From: an uncultured cyanobacterium
Lineage (GTDB): Bacteria > Cyanobacteriota > Cyanobacteriia > PCC-9006 > JAAUQQ01
Reading direction: 5' to 3'
Length of the DNA: 64,000 nt
Assembly: GCA_963718615.1 (NCBI GenBank)
Contig: OY970368.1
Location: 5,184,001 to 5,248,000, forward strand
Part shown: piece after piece, positions 37,983 to 49,218 of the stretch
How positions within the stretch are numbered: the stretch's first letter is position 1
Layout of the letters: every line of letters begins with the position of its first letter
Made by a program: the position numbers and the translations under genes
Notes under the pieces: model-generated
The model's input: only the letters and a program-made list of their open reading frames with translations
What the model was told of the DNA's origin: nothing
The model's database searches: none

Positions 37983-40420
37983 GTTTCCATTCAATTGGTT
38001 TCCCCAGCGAGTGGGGAGACGTAACCCAGAGAACGGATTAACAGAGGTAGATGCAGTTTCCATTCAATTGGTTTCCCCAGCGAGTGGGGAGTCGAAGCTT
38101 TCACGATCACGGGCGGCGGCATGGACAGCGGTTTCCATTCAATTGGTTTCCCCAGCGAGTGGGGAGCCGGGGCCGTCGTCGAAACCATCCAGGAGGACGC
38201 CTACGAAGTTTCCATTCAATTGGTTTCCCCAGCGAGTGGGGAGATCATAAACTTTCAGAAGGGCCAAAAAGTCATCGTTGATTTGGTTTCCATTCAATTG
38301 GTTTCCCCAGCGAGTGGGGAGGTAAATCAAGCCATGCTCGATGAAACGATGTCGTCCGGGTTTCCATTCAATTGGTTTCCCCAGCGAGTGGGGAGAGTTC
38401 ATGCGAAACAGCCACAACGCGCAAATCATTTGTGTTTCCATTCAATTGGTTTCCCCAGCGAGTGGGGAATTGAAAGCTAAGGGGATGTTACCGAGCAATT
38501 TCGCTCGGGATGGGTTTCCATTCAATTGGTTTCCCCAGCGAGTGGGGAGTGTTGCAATGGTACCGCTGCAACATCTGCCAACCACGACCGTGTTTCCATT
38601 CAATTGGTTTCCCCAGCGAGTGGGGAGTTTAGATAATTTTGTGAGGCTGAATAATGAAAGTATTGCCGGTTTCCATTCAATTGGTTTCCCCAGCGAGTGG
38701 GGAGCAAAATTGTGGATCCGGATTCTTTTGTTACGTCGAGGTTTCCATTCAATTGGTTTCCCCAGCGAGTGGGGAGAGCTAGTTAAGTTAATGGACTCGA
38801 TGTAAACACTAATACGTTTCCATTCAATTGGTTTCCCCAGCGAGTGGGGAGCTGATGGGTGATGACCGGGCGTTCCGGGCATTAGGATTGGTTTCCATTC
38901 AATTGGTTTCCCCAGCGAGTGGGGAGAGCTCAACAGTGCCGACGATCCGAGCCCCAGGTTACGACGTTTCCATTCAATTGGTTTCCCCAGCGAGTGGGGA
39001 GCCAGGGAAATACGTAGTTAAGGTTTCAGATACCACTAATCTAGTTTCCATTCAATTGGTTTCCCCAGCGAGTGGGGAGGTGACAGGTCCTCCCGCGCGG
39101 ATAGATCACCCAGTTCCAGGTTTCCATTCAATTGGTTTCCCCAGCGAGTGGGGAGTCAGCCCGATGGATACCTTAGTCAAAGCGCTGTATAGTTTCCATT
39201 CAATTGGTTTCCCCAGCGAGTGGGGAGAAAAAGGTAGAAGAGTTACAGGCGGCGCTAGACACAAGTTTCCATTCAATTGGTTTCCCCAGCGAGTGGGGAG
39301 TTAAAAGGAATATAGTTGTCGATGAGCCCACTACGAGTTTCCATTCAATTGGTTTCCCCAGCGAGTGGGGAGTTGATGTGTCGTTATCGCGCGCTAGCGC
39401 GGAGTACGTTTCCATTCAATTGGTTTCCCCAGCGAGTGGGGAGGTTTTACGCGGAGTTTCTTTCCGATACTTTAATGCCCCAGTTTCCATTCAATTGGTT
39501 TCCCCAGCGAGTGGGGAGGAACTAGTCTGTCTACTTGAACAAGCTCTAGTTCTAGAGTTTCCATTCAATTGGTTTCCCCAGCGAGTGGGGAGTGTTCAGC
39601 TTTCTTTAGTTGTAAGGAATTAGCTACAGTACGGTTTCCATTCAATTGGTTTCCCCAGCGAGTGGGGAGAAGCATTAACAGCCGGTAACCTATCCTCCCC
39701 GGTTCGTAGGTTTCCATTCAATTGGTTTCCCCAGCGAGTGGGGAGTTTAAATGCAGCCGTGGTAATAGCGTCAGAAAACCACTCTAAAGTTTCCATTCAA
39801 TTGGTTTCCCCAGCGAGTGGGGAGACGCCCGCTGCATCCGCTAAATCGGCTGTGTTCCAGCCGTGTTTCCATTCAATTGGTTTCCCCAGCGAGTGGGGAG
39901 CATTGCTTGTTGAGCTTCTGGATCTTCGTTGTGAACGTTTCCATTCAATTGGTTTCCCCAGCGAGTGGGGAGTAGATTATTATCAGCCACAAGAGAAACT
40001 GATGTTGTTTCTAGTTTCCATTCAATTGGTTTCCCCAGCGAGTGGGGAGATTTGCCATTGCCGCATTGCAGGCTGGCATACAGGGGCAAGTTTCCATTCA
40101 ATTGGTTTCCCCAGCGAGTGGGGAGCTGGGTGTAGATTACAACACATCTAACCTTCCTGAGGAGGTGTTTCCATTCAATTGGTTTCCCCAGCGAGTGGGG
40201 AGAAAAATGGTCTTTGGGGTGTCTGGACGGTCCCAGGAGGTTTCCATTCAATTGGTTTCCCCAGCGAGTGGGGAGCCCCAAAGCTTGATCAAGTTCGCAG
40301 CTCAACAGTGCCGGTTTCCATTCAATTGGTTTCCCCAGCGAGTGGGGAGTTAGAGGAGCCCCGGAGCTGTACGGAGAAGCCCTGGTTTCCATTCAATTGG
40401 TTTCCCCAGCGAGTGGGGAG
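37983..40420 (-). CRISPR. CRISPR array, leader-proximal part (~33 repeats)
   Basis: Same 36-nt repeat; one variant ending GGGGAA at ~38434. Confidence 0.98.
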
Positions 40421-40602
40421 CCCCCCCATTCTAGCCCCCTCTAGGCAAGGATTTCAAGCCCCCAGCGCGAGCCTCAAGCCGCCCAGAGCCAAAAGCCCCC
40501 CGCCCAAGCCCACAAAAAAGCCCAAAACCCTCACCCAGCATACCATCGAGCCTCCCAACGCAAAAACAACATCCCAGCCCCCTCCCCCCCAGCCTCGCAC
40601 CC
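40421..40602 (-). promoter_or_regulatory. CRISPR leader
   Basis: Non-coding segment between cas2 and the first repeat; degenerate repeats are at the opposite end of the array. Confidence 0.65.
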
Positions 40603-40881
40603 TCAAATCACAATCGACCCCGACGGCGAACTCAACGGCACCCCACCCCAAATCTCCACCTGATCCCGCGTATGACTCGACATCGGATAAAACCGCACCG
40701 AATCCTCCGGCAACTTCACATATCGCCCCAACTTTCGCTTCAATTCCTGATACTTTTTAGCCTCCAAACAACACTCAAAAACACTAAACTGCACCCGCCT
40801 GCCATAGCCCTCCAAAACATCAGCAACCTTCTTCCGACGACGATTACAAGAAACATCATAAACCACCACATACAACAACAT
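40603..40881 (-). CDS. cas2: CRISPR-associated endoribonuclease Cas2
   Basis: YVVVYDV...YGRRVQFSVFEC...DSVRFY. Confidence 0.95.
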   Translation of the reverse strand: MLLYVVVYDVSCNRRRKKVADVLEGYGRRVQFSVFECCLEAKKYQELKRKLGRYVKLPEDSVRFYPMSSHTRDQVEIWGGVPLSSPSGSIVI

Positions 40882-40893
40882 CAGTCCCACCCC

Positions 40894-41886
40894 CTAACGA
40901 ATTTGATAAGAGCGATAACTGCGGTGGTGATTCACCACACAATCCCGAAACACCTTCACCTGCTCATTCAACACCCCCCAACGCACCGACCTCACCCCCG
41001 GACTCACCTCAATCTCCTCCTCCATCCGCCGCACAAATGCCTGTAAATACTTACGCCGCCCCGACCCATTTAAGTAACATCCCCCCTCCGCCGACACCGT
41101 AAAATCATCCACCGCATCCATCATTCCGCGATTAATCAAATACAAAACCAACGAATCCACCACCGGAGCCCGAAACCCCTCCAACAAATCCGACGCCAAC
41201 GCCGCATGGCGCTCCGTCCCCTGATGCAAACAAGCCTCATAGGGATCCAAGCCCTGCATCTCAATCAAACACAGCAAATGGTTCCAGAGAATCTGATAGC
41301 CAAAACTCAGCATCGCATTCACCGGATTGCGCGGCGGACGCTTCGATCGCTCTCCAAAGACAAAATCCGGATGATCAAGACAAACATCCAACACCCCAAA
41401 ATAGGCCGAAGCCCCCGCCCCCTCATAGCCCATCAGCTCCGGAATCGACCTCGCCCGCAGCGCCTGATTACAAGCCATCTCCAACCGACTAATCGCCTCC
41501 ACCAACGCCTCCTGAGGCCGTCGTCGATGCTGCCGCTGCAAAACCGTCCGACTATTGCGCAACTTCGCAAACACCAACCGCTGAGCAATCTGCAACCGCC
41601 GTTCCGGGCTCAGCTCCCGCTGCAACCGCGCCAACTGCCGATAGCCCCGCGCCAGCGGCAACACCCGCCCATAGCAGCGCCCCGCCGACGAGAGATAGGC
41701 GATCGGCACATCCCGCTCCAAACAAGCACAAATCAACTGCGTCGTCAGCTGCGATTTCCCCAAAACCACAATTTGCTCAATCGACGGCAACGGAATCCGC
41801 TGGGCCTCATCGCCCTGCTTCAGCACCATCTGCTCCTGCTGAAGCGACAGATAGCAGCCATGCTGGGTAATATAGATAGTTTTCAT
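40894..41886 (-). CDS. cas1: CRISPR-associated integrase Cas1
   Basis: MGYEGAGASAYF, RPPRNPVNAMLSFGY, LASDLLEGFRAPVVD. Confidence 0.95.
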   Translation of the reverse strand: MKTIYITQHGCYLSLQQEQMVLKQGDEAQRIPLPSIEQIVVLGKSQLTTQLICACLERDVPIAYLSSAGRCYGRVLPLARGYRQLARLQRELSPERRLQIAQRLVFAKLRNSRTVLQRQHRRRPQEALVEAISRLEMACNQALRARSIPELMGYEGAGASAYFGVLDVCLDHPDFVFGERSKRPPRNPVNAMLSFGYQILWNHLLCLIEMQGLDPYEACLHQGTERHAALASDLLEGFRAPVVDSLVLYLINRGMMDAVDDFTVSAEGGCYLNGSGRRKYLQAFVRRMEEEIEVSPGVRSVRWGVLNEQVKVFRDCVVNHHRSYRSYQIR

Positions 41887-41932
41887 AAACCTTAGACTGA
41901 GAGATCTTACCTTTCTCAATCAAGGCCAAAGC

Positions 41933-42196
41933 TCAAAAATCGGGAAAGGAAAATACTGACTTTTTGGAGCAATAGAACAGATTTTCTTCGACGCAATTGC
42001 AGACCGTAAAGCCGTGAAGGTATTGAGACAACAAGTGCTCCCTGAGCCAACGGTGAAACTGACGGAATAGAGTTGTATCATCCATTTCCCCCCGGTTGTA
42101 GATCACACGGATGGGGCGATCGCTCAATACAGCCAGCAGGGCCTCATAGCCTTCCCAGCTCGTATCATAGAGCATCAGTCGCTCCGTCTCTGGCAT
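41933..42196 (-). pseudogene. Uma2-family remnant with internal deletion
   Basis: Uma2-like N-terminus (SWEGYEALL...RVIYNRGE) joined directly to a C-terminal-like DDTTLFRQFHRWLRE. Confidence 0.6.
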
Positions 42197-42252
42197 TCAG
42201 TACCGTTTTACCTGAGGACTGAGGAGTATGGTTGGATAATTTTATGAGTAGG

Positions 42253-43734
42253 TTAGAGTTGAGCGATCGCCTCTTTTAACTCTCGATGGATCTCAGCCAT
42301 AAAACTTGCTGCTTCTAAGGAATCAAACGATTGCCCCGTCACAAAATTCAAACAAGACAACACACAACTTTGCCAATCAGCCTCATTCTCCGTCTTCCAA
42401 GCCCGAAAAACCTCCTCCTTCTGTAAACCCTCAATTGTATGAAACGCACTATTACGCTGATCTTTTGCCTCCTCCCATACAATTTGGATCTTGCCATGAG
42501 TCTTCCAATTGGTTTTCTCTTGTCTTAGTAACTCGTATAAAGGGTCACCAAATAATCCGATATTTCCATACCTCTCAAGTTTCTTCTGATTGGGCTCTGA
42601 CAATTCAGTTTTATAGTTATCGAAGACCGTCAAAATTGAATCCTTTAACTGCAATCCAAATCTAGGATGTTCTTGGATGTGGTTACTATATTCACTTTTT
42701 GCCCAAGCCAGAATTGTTCCCTCTAACCCCCGAAAGCTATGGAATAAAGCTTCTACTGTGTTTTCCTGCTGTAACCGGACCCAAGCTAGATAAGCTGACT
42801 CATATCCCAACCGCCACCAAGGAAATGAATTCTTTGCAATCACATTGCCCTTCACGAGCTTATTCTTAAACTTATGAAACTCTGCATGATTCCACTCGAT
42901 CGCCGCATCTAGCAGCACCTTGATCCGCTTTTCCTTGGATTCCCTCGTATCTAAATACCGCCCCAATAACCGCTCTATCCCCGAATAGTCATAGCGTTCG
43001 AGCAGAGCCTTCACCTCCTGCAACCGCAATGCACTCAAATAAGTAGAACCCTCAATCACCCTAGTACGATCGGGCCGATACTCATTACTCACTAAAAACT
43101 CAACGCGATCTTCAAATTTCGCCAAACAAGAAAACTGAACCGCTGACGAAATAGCTGGAGTCCCCGCCTGATGACTCACAAATACCTTCTGTGGCTCCAC
43201 CTCAAACTTCAGCATCCCAATCTCCCGACGAACCACCTTCAACACCGCATCCCAATCATCTAGCCCCTCATCCAAAGAATCCGGAAACAAAACCAACTGC
43301 GAGATCTTCGCCGCTGGTAATAATGACTGCAAATACTGAGACACGATCGGATATAACAAGCAAGTATCCTGCCAATAAGGACAGCGATAGCTTTCTCGGC
43401 TCTCCTCCTCAAAAATATTACTTTGGTCACTCGTCAACACGACAATTTGATTAATCGATTCCGTCGGCAGCTTTTCACAGAATTCCTTCAAGAGTGGAAA
43501 TTCTAACTGTGGCTTTACCTCTTCTTCTAGTTCTTGATACGCAAGCCCCAGAACCCTAGATGCTATCCGATAAGGAACTCCATCATCATCGTCTGTACGA
43601 CTTGGCTCAAATCGTTTACGTTCGATATTGTAAATCGATCGCTTTATCTGTCGATGCCAATCCGGCCAGACATCCGCATCTCGAATTTGAACATCACTAC
43701 TTCCCAGCGTTACGAGCCATAGAGCCATGAGCAT
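42253..43734 (-). CDS. Type III ancillary CARF-HEPN ribonuclease (Csx1/Csm6-like)
   Basis: LVTLGSSDV, TSDQ, QDT and SHQAGTPA CARF-like motifs; C-terminal RNSAFH (RxxxxH). Confidence 0.75.
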   Translation of the reverse strand: MLMALWLVTLGSSDVQIRDADVWPDWHRQIKRSIYNIERKRFEPSRTDDDDGVPYRIASRVLGLAYQELEEEVKPQLEFPLLKEFCEKLPTESINQIVVLTSDQSNIFEEESRESYRCPYWQDTCLLYPIVSQYLQSLLPAAKISQLVLFPDSLDEGLDDWDAVLKVVRREIGMLKFEVEPQKVFVSHQAGTPAISSAVQFSCLAKFEDRVEFLVSNEYRPDRTRVIEGSTYLSALRLQEVKALLERYDYSGIERLLGRYLDTRESKEKRIKVLLDAAIEWNHAEFHKFKNKLVKGNVIAKNSFPWWRLGYESAYLAWVRLQQENTVEALFHSFRGLEGTILAWAKSEYSNHIQEHPRFGLQLKDSILTVFDNYKTELSEPNQKKLERYGNIGLFGDPLYELLRQEKTNWKTHGKIQIVWEEAKDQRNSAFHTIEGLQKEEVFRAWKTENEADWQSCVLSCLNFVTGQSFDSLEAASFMAEIHRELKEAIAQL

Positions 43735-43737
43735 CCT

Positions 43738-45405
43738 CTACCAAAGTTGTTTAAAGTCTGTTTCTTGATCTAAAAACTTGAGGAAATTCTGTACAGTTTG
43801 CTGCTGTTCAGTCCCCTGGACATGGGGAAACATCGTCAACAGCTCCACATATTGCCCAGTCTCCCGCCAAATATTCTTACCCTCAGCAGTCTTTCTAATC
43901 TGAAATCGCGGATACATGCGATGCCAAAGTCGGCCTATTTTCCCCATCTCTCCAGTTAAGTCTGATTTTTTAATCGTCTTCTCTCGGGCATAATTTCTAT
44001 GCAACCAGTCGATTGCCACACTGTCCAATTCATCCTCCGCAATCCTCCCCCAAACTTGGACATTCCCCTTTCGCCAAGCTTCTCGGATTCCAGCCTGTGG
44101 TTGACCTGGATTCTGTAACCACGAAAACTCAGCCCCTTTCTGTACAAAAACATCTAAGAACTTAGTAATACCCGTCATCTCATCGTTCCCCGGTGAAATA
44201 TAAAACGGGTGCGATCGCTTTAGAAACTCCCAGTGACATCCAATCATCTGGTCCTTGTAGTTAGGACAAAACAATCGATGGTCCGCCCGTCGCCAAGATT
44301 TACCAAACCCCCCCAGCAACATTGCAAATTTCATTAGCCGCATAACAAAAGCCTTTAAATCATCCTGCTGAGCCTGGGTCAGGTTCAATCGCATGAGCAA
44401 AATATCCAGCCTCGCATCTCCTGTTTCATAGATTGGGGCAATATTTTTCGGATTGGTTTCGCTCTTCCACCAATCCACCTCTAAAGCAGGTGCATTAAAG
44501 GCGATACCTAATAGCCCCACTGTCGCCTCTTCCCCCTTACCAATTCCACCCCAAAGGAGTTTCGTCATCCGCTCAGCCGTTGCTTCATCCGTAATTCCGC
44601 TAAATAATCGTCGCGTATGTCCACGCAAAGTCGCTTTGAACAAATTAGGTCGAAACTCACCATCGGCGTAGCGATCGATCTGCCGAGAAGCCATGCCCTG
44701 ACCCGATAGACCAAAACCAACAAGTTTATTTTCCGTATGGGTTGCGATCTGTCCATAGCCAGCACTTACCCGAGAACCAATACCTTGCTCTAGCGCTACT
44801 TGCCAGATATCCCAGACTGTTTTCCATTGTTCTTGAGAGAGCTCTTTTGTACTAGAAATACCAAAGACGAACATAGGCTTGTAGAGAGAAATCTGGATAA
44901 AAGCACCATTGCTTTTCTCTCCATCAAGCTGCCAATTTTCCTGGGGATGAACAATATCCACCAGAGAATTCTTTAACCATTCAGTATTTTTGGGATAGCC
45001 TCCATGAAAGCGCAAACAACCGGGATGTAAATCTCCATCGTTCCCCTCACCACCGCAAAATTCTAAGACTTCGCTGGGTGAACAAAGACGTTTACAGGCC
45101 CGCAAAAAAGCTCCCTTCATGCTAGATCCTGGGAAAAAGGCCCAACCACGCTCCCCAATCACTGGACGGATGACACCTACATCCTGCCCACTATTCGTTA
45201 CCATGCGCCAGGGAAAGCGATAGGTTCGTGTTTGAATATGGGGATCAAACTGCGGTACTTGACTAATATCACAGGCTTCTTGCCATTGTTTTGCCCAGTC
45301 ATAGGCTTGTTGCCGATTAGCCTTTGGAATCAATCGTTGAATCTGCGATCGCCCCTCAACCTGGGCCTGAAACATTAAAGGTACTCGCTCATACTCTGAT
45401 GGCAT
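43738..45405 (-). CDS. Cmr6-Cmr1-like double RAMP (Cas7 fusion)
   Basis: Two RAMP units: PGSSMKG...GIGSRVSAGYG and FKATLRG...LGGFGKSWRR. Confidence 0.8.
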   Translation of the reverse strand: MPSEYERVPLMFQAQVEGRSQIQRLIPKANRQQAYDWAKQWQEACDISQVPQFDPHIQTRTYRFPWRMVTNSGQDVGVIRPVIGERGWAFFPGSSMKGAFLRACKRLCSPSEVLEFCGGEGNDGDLHPGCLRFHGGYPKNTEWLKNSLVDIVHPQENWQLDGEKSNGAFIQISLYKPMFVFGISSTKELSQEQWKTVWDIWQVALEQGIGSRVSAGYGQIATHTENKLVGFGLSGQGMASRQIDRYADGEFRPNLFKATLRGHTRRLFSGITDEATAERMTKLLWGGIGKGEEATVGLLGIAFNAPALEVDWWKSETNPKNIAPIYETGDARLDILLMRLNLTQAQQDDLKAFVMRLMKFAMLLGGFGKSWRRADHRLFCPNYKDQMIGCHWEFLKRSHPFYISPGNDEMTGITKFLDVFVQKGAEFSWLQNPGQPQAGIREAWRKGNVQVWGRIAEDELDSVAIDWLHRNYAREKTIKKSDLTGEMGKIGRLWHRMYPRFQIRKTAEGKNIWRETGQYVELLTMFPHVQGTEQQQTVQNFLKFLDQETDFKQLW

Positions 45406-45827
45406 TACTTTTTCTCCTTACTCTTTGGTTTTTTGTAACGCTGCGTCCACCAAACTAAGCTGTCACATAATTCAATTAAAATCGCTAAAGCAACCTTACG
45501 CTGCTCAATATCAAAACCCCAGAGCTTTTCAGACATTGCTTTGATTGAACTCGTATCTTTGAGATTTATCTTTTCATTCGGCAGTTTTATGCCTGCCTGC
45601 TTCATGATCTTGCACAGTTCATCCCAGGTCGCCTTCCAAAACTCCGACTTCGCCTGCTCTTCATCTTTCTTGCTCTGGGCCAGTCGCAAATGCTCACCCC
45701 AAAAGCGCTCTAAGCCATAGGGCGTCGTCATTCGCATTTTATGACTTTCACCCAAAACCTCGCGATCGCGAAACTTCAGCACCAAATCATGGGCTACACG
45801 ATCAATCTCATACATTTGCCAACTCAT
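45405..45827 (-). CDS. Cmr5/Cas11 small subunit
   Basis: Small helical protein between the cas7 genes; YGLERFWGE. Confidence 0.65.
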   Translation of the reverse strand: MSWQMYEIDRVAHDLVLKFRDREVLGESHKMRMTTPYGLERFWGEHLRLAQSKKDEEQAKSEFWKATWDELCKIMKQAGIKLPNEKINLKDTSSIKAMSEKLWGFDIEQRKVALAILIELCDSLVWWTQRYKKPKSKEKK

Positions 45828-46651
45828 GCTGCTACTCCTGCGCCCTTTAGCGTGATCATGCAATTTCCAAAGCCGATTGACTCCAAACCTCCCAGATAAA
45901 TCTCACCACTCTGATTCTTAGCTCCAAAAGGCTGCCAGGATTTCGAAGTATCTCTGGTTTCACGAATCGCGATCGGGAACACCATGATCGTTCCTTCCGG
46001 CAGTGCTTCCGTATTAAAAAAGCCCCCACCATCTACCCGTTTCTCCTCGTCTAGCAATCGCACCCGACTTTGACGATAGAGCGCCATGTCATGAATCATC
46101 CCAATTTCATCATCCCCAACCACCACTGCTGGTAGTTCTTCTCCATCAGGGAACCATGCCTTCAAATTCTCAGTTTTCTTCAGCTCTAAAAAGCCAAAGT
46201 TGAAAAACAGTTTTTTCTTATTCTCAACATTCATAGTCTTGAGTGTTGACGAGCCTGTATATGCCTTAGGGACAGTTGCCGCTTTCATCTCACCACCGAC
46301 AATACGCTGGTATCGTTTCAACAGCTTTGGTGAACTCACCCAAACCACCGGCTGCCCAGGGCAAAACACCGGCAACCATACCACAGAAGCATACTCAAAC
46401 TTGACGACTGATTCCGTTGTAGAATTCGACTCTCCGGTTTCTGCAGGTGCACCGTACCAGTGGTTGACATCACCTTCATCCTGTCGCATTTCCGATCGAA
46501 ATCGACCCCGAATCGAGCTACCTGGAATAATCCCCGTTTGGGTAAACTGATCGCGAAAAATTAAATTTAGGTTACCGCTTTCTTCCCCCGCTGTTGCACC
46601 CACATGCAGTGGTGCAAGGGCTTCAATAATGCCATAAGCGCGTTTGTACAT
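45824..46651 (-). CDS. cmr4: Cmr4 (Cas7) RAMP
   Basis: PLHVGA, IPGSSIRG, EALPEGT, LGGLESIGFG. Confidence 0.88.
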   Translation of the reverse strand: MYKRAYGIIEALAPLHVGATAGEESGNLNLIFRDQFTQTGIIPGSSIRGRFRSEMRQDEGDVNHWYGAPAETGESNSTTESVVKFEYASVVWLPVFCPGQPVVWVSSPKLLKRYQRIVGGEMKAATVPKAYTGSSTLKTMNVENKKKLFFNFGFLELKKTENLKAWFPDGEELPAVVVGDDEIGMIHDMALYRQSRVRLLDEEKRVDGGGFFNTEALPEGTIMVFPIAIRETRDTSKSWQPFGAKNQSGEIYLGGLESIGFGNCMITLKGAGVAA

Positions 46652-46663
46652 GTTCCTTTCTCC

Positions 46664-47683
46664 TTATGTAAGACCTTGAATTGCCACCGGAAGGCACAAA
46701 CCACAGCCCAAATGCTTGAGCGGAAACCCCTCCCGAGGAAACCACTCCTCCGGAAATTCCCACCATGTTTTGTCTAAGGGTTCCTTCAGCGCATACACCG
46801 TCCCCGCTGGAACACCATAGCGCCCTCGCCCCAATCTTCCTCGCTCTGTCGCTCGATGCCCAATCCGATAACGAAACGGCACGGGCTTATCCGTTAACGT
46901 TTGCATACCACCACGCGGAAATGCTTCATGCTTCGGATAGCGATAGGACAAGTTCTTAGAACCCCATACTCCCGGCGTAATCAGGGCAAATGCCTTCTGG
47001 ATTTTGGTATTCAGCAACTTGTTAATTTTGCTTTCCGGCGCGATCGCTTGACTGCTAATCTCCACCATATGCCCCTCCCCTCCAAAGCGATACCACCCAT
47101 CAGGGATTGCATGGGTAGATAGATACACCAGGCAACTATCCTCATCCATCTGCACTGCACTTTCTAGAAATAAACCATCTTGTTCCAAAACATGACGCTG
47201 TTCCTGTTGCATTTGAGGATGTAGAAACGTCAGAGGTAGCCAAGGAACTTTCTCCGCTGATTCCTTACGAATTTGCCGGGTTGATTGACTCCAAGAATCA
47301 ATTCGCTGCCAGCGATACTCTGCCTCTAGCTCTTGCTTTTTAGGATCTGAATCGCGCTGCCACTTGCGCCGCTCATCCAGTCGCCACTCATCCTCATCCC
47401 CCTGGGCGATAATACGATGTCTGGGAATTGGCACATAAAACGATTCTGCATCTTCCAAAGACTTCGCCCAAAATGGCCCAGCGACATGGAGCTGATACTT
47501 CAGCGTTTCATGGTCAGCAATCTCCATCTGCTTATTCGCTCCAAAAAATAGGCCCGCTAACGTTGCCGCATCTGGAGGAAACTTCGCACCCGACCGCCCG
47601 ACTAAGTTATCCGGTGATAGAAAAGCACCTGCACTGCCATATAGCAGTCCCAAGGGCATCACCGTAATCAAATATTTGAACAT
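46664..47683 (-). CDS. cmr3: Cmr3 (Cas5) RAMP
   Basis: FPP...TLAG, RFGGEGH, LITPG, VPAGTVY, LGCG. Confidence 0.85.
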   Translation of the reverse strand: MFKYLITVMPLGLLYGSAGAFLSPDNLVGRSGAKFPPDAATLAGLFFGANKQMEIADHETLKYQLHVAGPFWAKSLEDAESFYVPIPRHRIIAQGDEDEWRLDERRKWQRDSDPKKQELEAEYRWQRIDSWSQSTRQIRKESAEKVPWLPLTFLHPQMQQEQRHVLEQDGLFLESAVQMDEDSCLVYLSTHAIPDGWYRFGGEGHMVEISSQAIAPESKINKLLNTKIQKAFALITPGVWGSKNLSYRYPKHEAFPRGGMQTLTDKPVPFRYRIGHRATERGRLGRGRYGVPAGTVYALKEPLDKTWWEFPEEWFPREGFPLKHLGCGLCLPVAIQGLT

Positions 47684-49218
47684 AGTTGCCATCCCACTTG
47701 GACTAAATCATCCACCCACTGCACAATCGCGGCATCCTCACTGTCTCCCACTACCGCCGACAATCTAGGAATTTCCTGTTTCCATCCTTCAAAATACAAA
47801 TCCAGCATCGATTCTGCCAAGGCACGATCGACCGAGCATTTGCCGACATCTTGAAAGCGAATGGCGTGACGGAACTTCAAATAAGCCCAGTCCTTATACA
47901 AATGGGTCCAATTACGACTGTCATCTCGTCCACTATAGCGATCGAGAACTTTCAAGCAATCCCAGGGACAGGTCCATTGCACATACTGGCCACTATTAAA
48001 TACCACTCGAATCGTGATGCGATCGCGCCCCTTTAGTTTCGAAAGCTTTTCTGCTTCTCGACAATGCTGAAGAATATCCCGCTGTGGTACTCGATTGGCT
48101 GCCCAGACAAAACCCATACTGACATTGATTTTCTGTTTATGGGTTTTCCATTGTTGTTTAAATTGCTTAAGCCATGTAAATACTTCTTTAACCAAATCTT
48201 GTGTCGTTAAATCGTTGTTATAAATAACTCCAAGAAAATCATCACCCCCCGCATAAATTACCCGTCCAAAACTCTTAGGGAACGATGATTTAAAGTCTTG
48301 CCCCCAGGCTCGCATCGCATGACTAAACGCCTCCTGTGCCGTATTATCATTTCCGATCGCCTTCAGCATCGCTCCCACTTGATCCCCATCTCCCATAAAC
48401 CAACCGGTCCAGTTTCCTGTTTCCCGATTAATTTCCGTAAACCCTTCATCTAACTCCTTCAATCCAATTTTTTTCGCGAGTGGCGCATATGTAATTAAAC
48501 GCTTAGCTAATTCTGGAATACTTAATCGTTCATTGGCAGCAATAAACTTGCCTTCGATGGCTCGCTCGTCTACCGGCGTGTCTTCGGCACGATGTTGACT
48601 TGGATTATCGAGAACCCAAGCTAATTGGCGGTAGAAAGTCTTGAGTTCCTGGGCTTCCTGCGAATTCAGCGATCGACCTGGCTCCGAGTTAAAAGCCCCC
48701 AAACCATGCCAAGCGATCGCATCCGTTCCTGTCAGACTCGAACTTTCCCCAATCCAGTTCACCCCCACCCAGTCCCGTCTTAACTTGCGTTGCTCTAAAT
48801 CCACCATGGCAGCATTTGGAGAACAACCCTGTCCCCAAAACACCTCCCAACTATAGCGGTGGCACTTTTCCCATTCCTGCTGCCAACAAAAAGCGTCTAC
48901 GGGAAAATCAAGCTGTTGTTCCAGCCATTTTTGACAGTTGATAAGAATATCACGCCAAGCTGCCGTCAAAGTATTGCTAACAACATTACGGTTGAGATCG
49001 CCCATAACCAAAATCCGGTTTGGCATTCCCTCTTGCACATGAATTAATGCCGGAGAAATGACTCGACAACCATCAATCTCATCAATTGCTTGCGCAATCT
49101 TCTGACTCAAATACGACAGAATCAACGAAGCCCCGTATAGATCCCGCAACTTCCGCGATTTCTCAATAAAGCCCTGCACCGGAGCAAAGCTAATGGCAGT
49201 ATAGACAACAGACGACAT
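47668..49218 (-). CDS. cas10: Cas10/Cmr2, HD-less, cyclase motif intact
   Basis: PVQGFIEKSRKLRDLYGAS, MGDGD, IYAGGDDF. Confidence 0.92.
   Translation of the reverse strand: MSSVVYTAISFAPVQGFIEKSRKLRDLYGASLILSYLSQKIAQAIDEIDGCRVISPALIHVQEGMPNRILVMGDLNRNVVSNTLTAAWRDILINCQKWLEQQLDFPVDAFCWQQEWEKCHRYSWEVFWGQGCSPNAAMVDLEQRKLRRDWVGVNWIGESSSLTGTDAIAWHGLGAFNSEPGRSLNSQEAQELKTFYRQLAWVLDNPSQHRAEDTPVDERAIEGKFIAANERLSIPELAKRLITYAPLAKKIGLKELDEGFTEINRETGNWTGWFMGDGDQVGAMLKAIGNDNTAQEAFSHAMRAWGQDFKSSFPKSFGRVIYAGGDDFLGVIYNNDLTTQDLVKEVFTWLKQFKQQWKTHKQKINVSMGFVWAANRVPQRDILQHCREAEKLSKLKGRDRITIRVVFNSGQYVQWTCPWDCLKVLDRYSGRDDSRNWTHLYKDWAYLKFRHAIRFQDVGKCSVDRALAESMLDLYFEGWKQEIPRLSAVVGDSEDAAIVQWVDDLVQVGWQLCSNI

Noticed and set aside
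29978-40760. Dozens of ORFs with repeating VSIQLVSPASGE, FPFNWFPQRVG or PHSLGKPIEWK
   Set aside because: These are translations of the stop-free CRISPR repeat, not proteins
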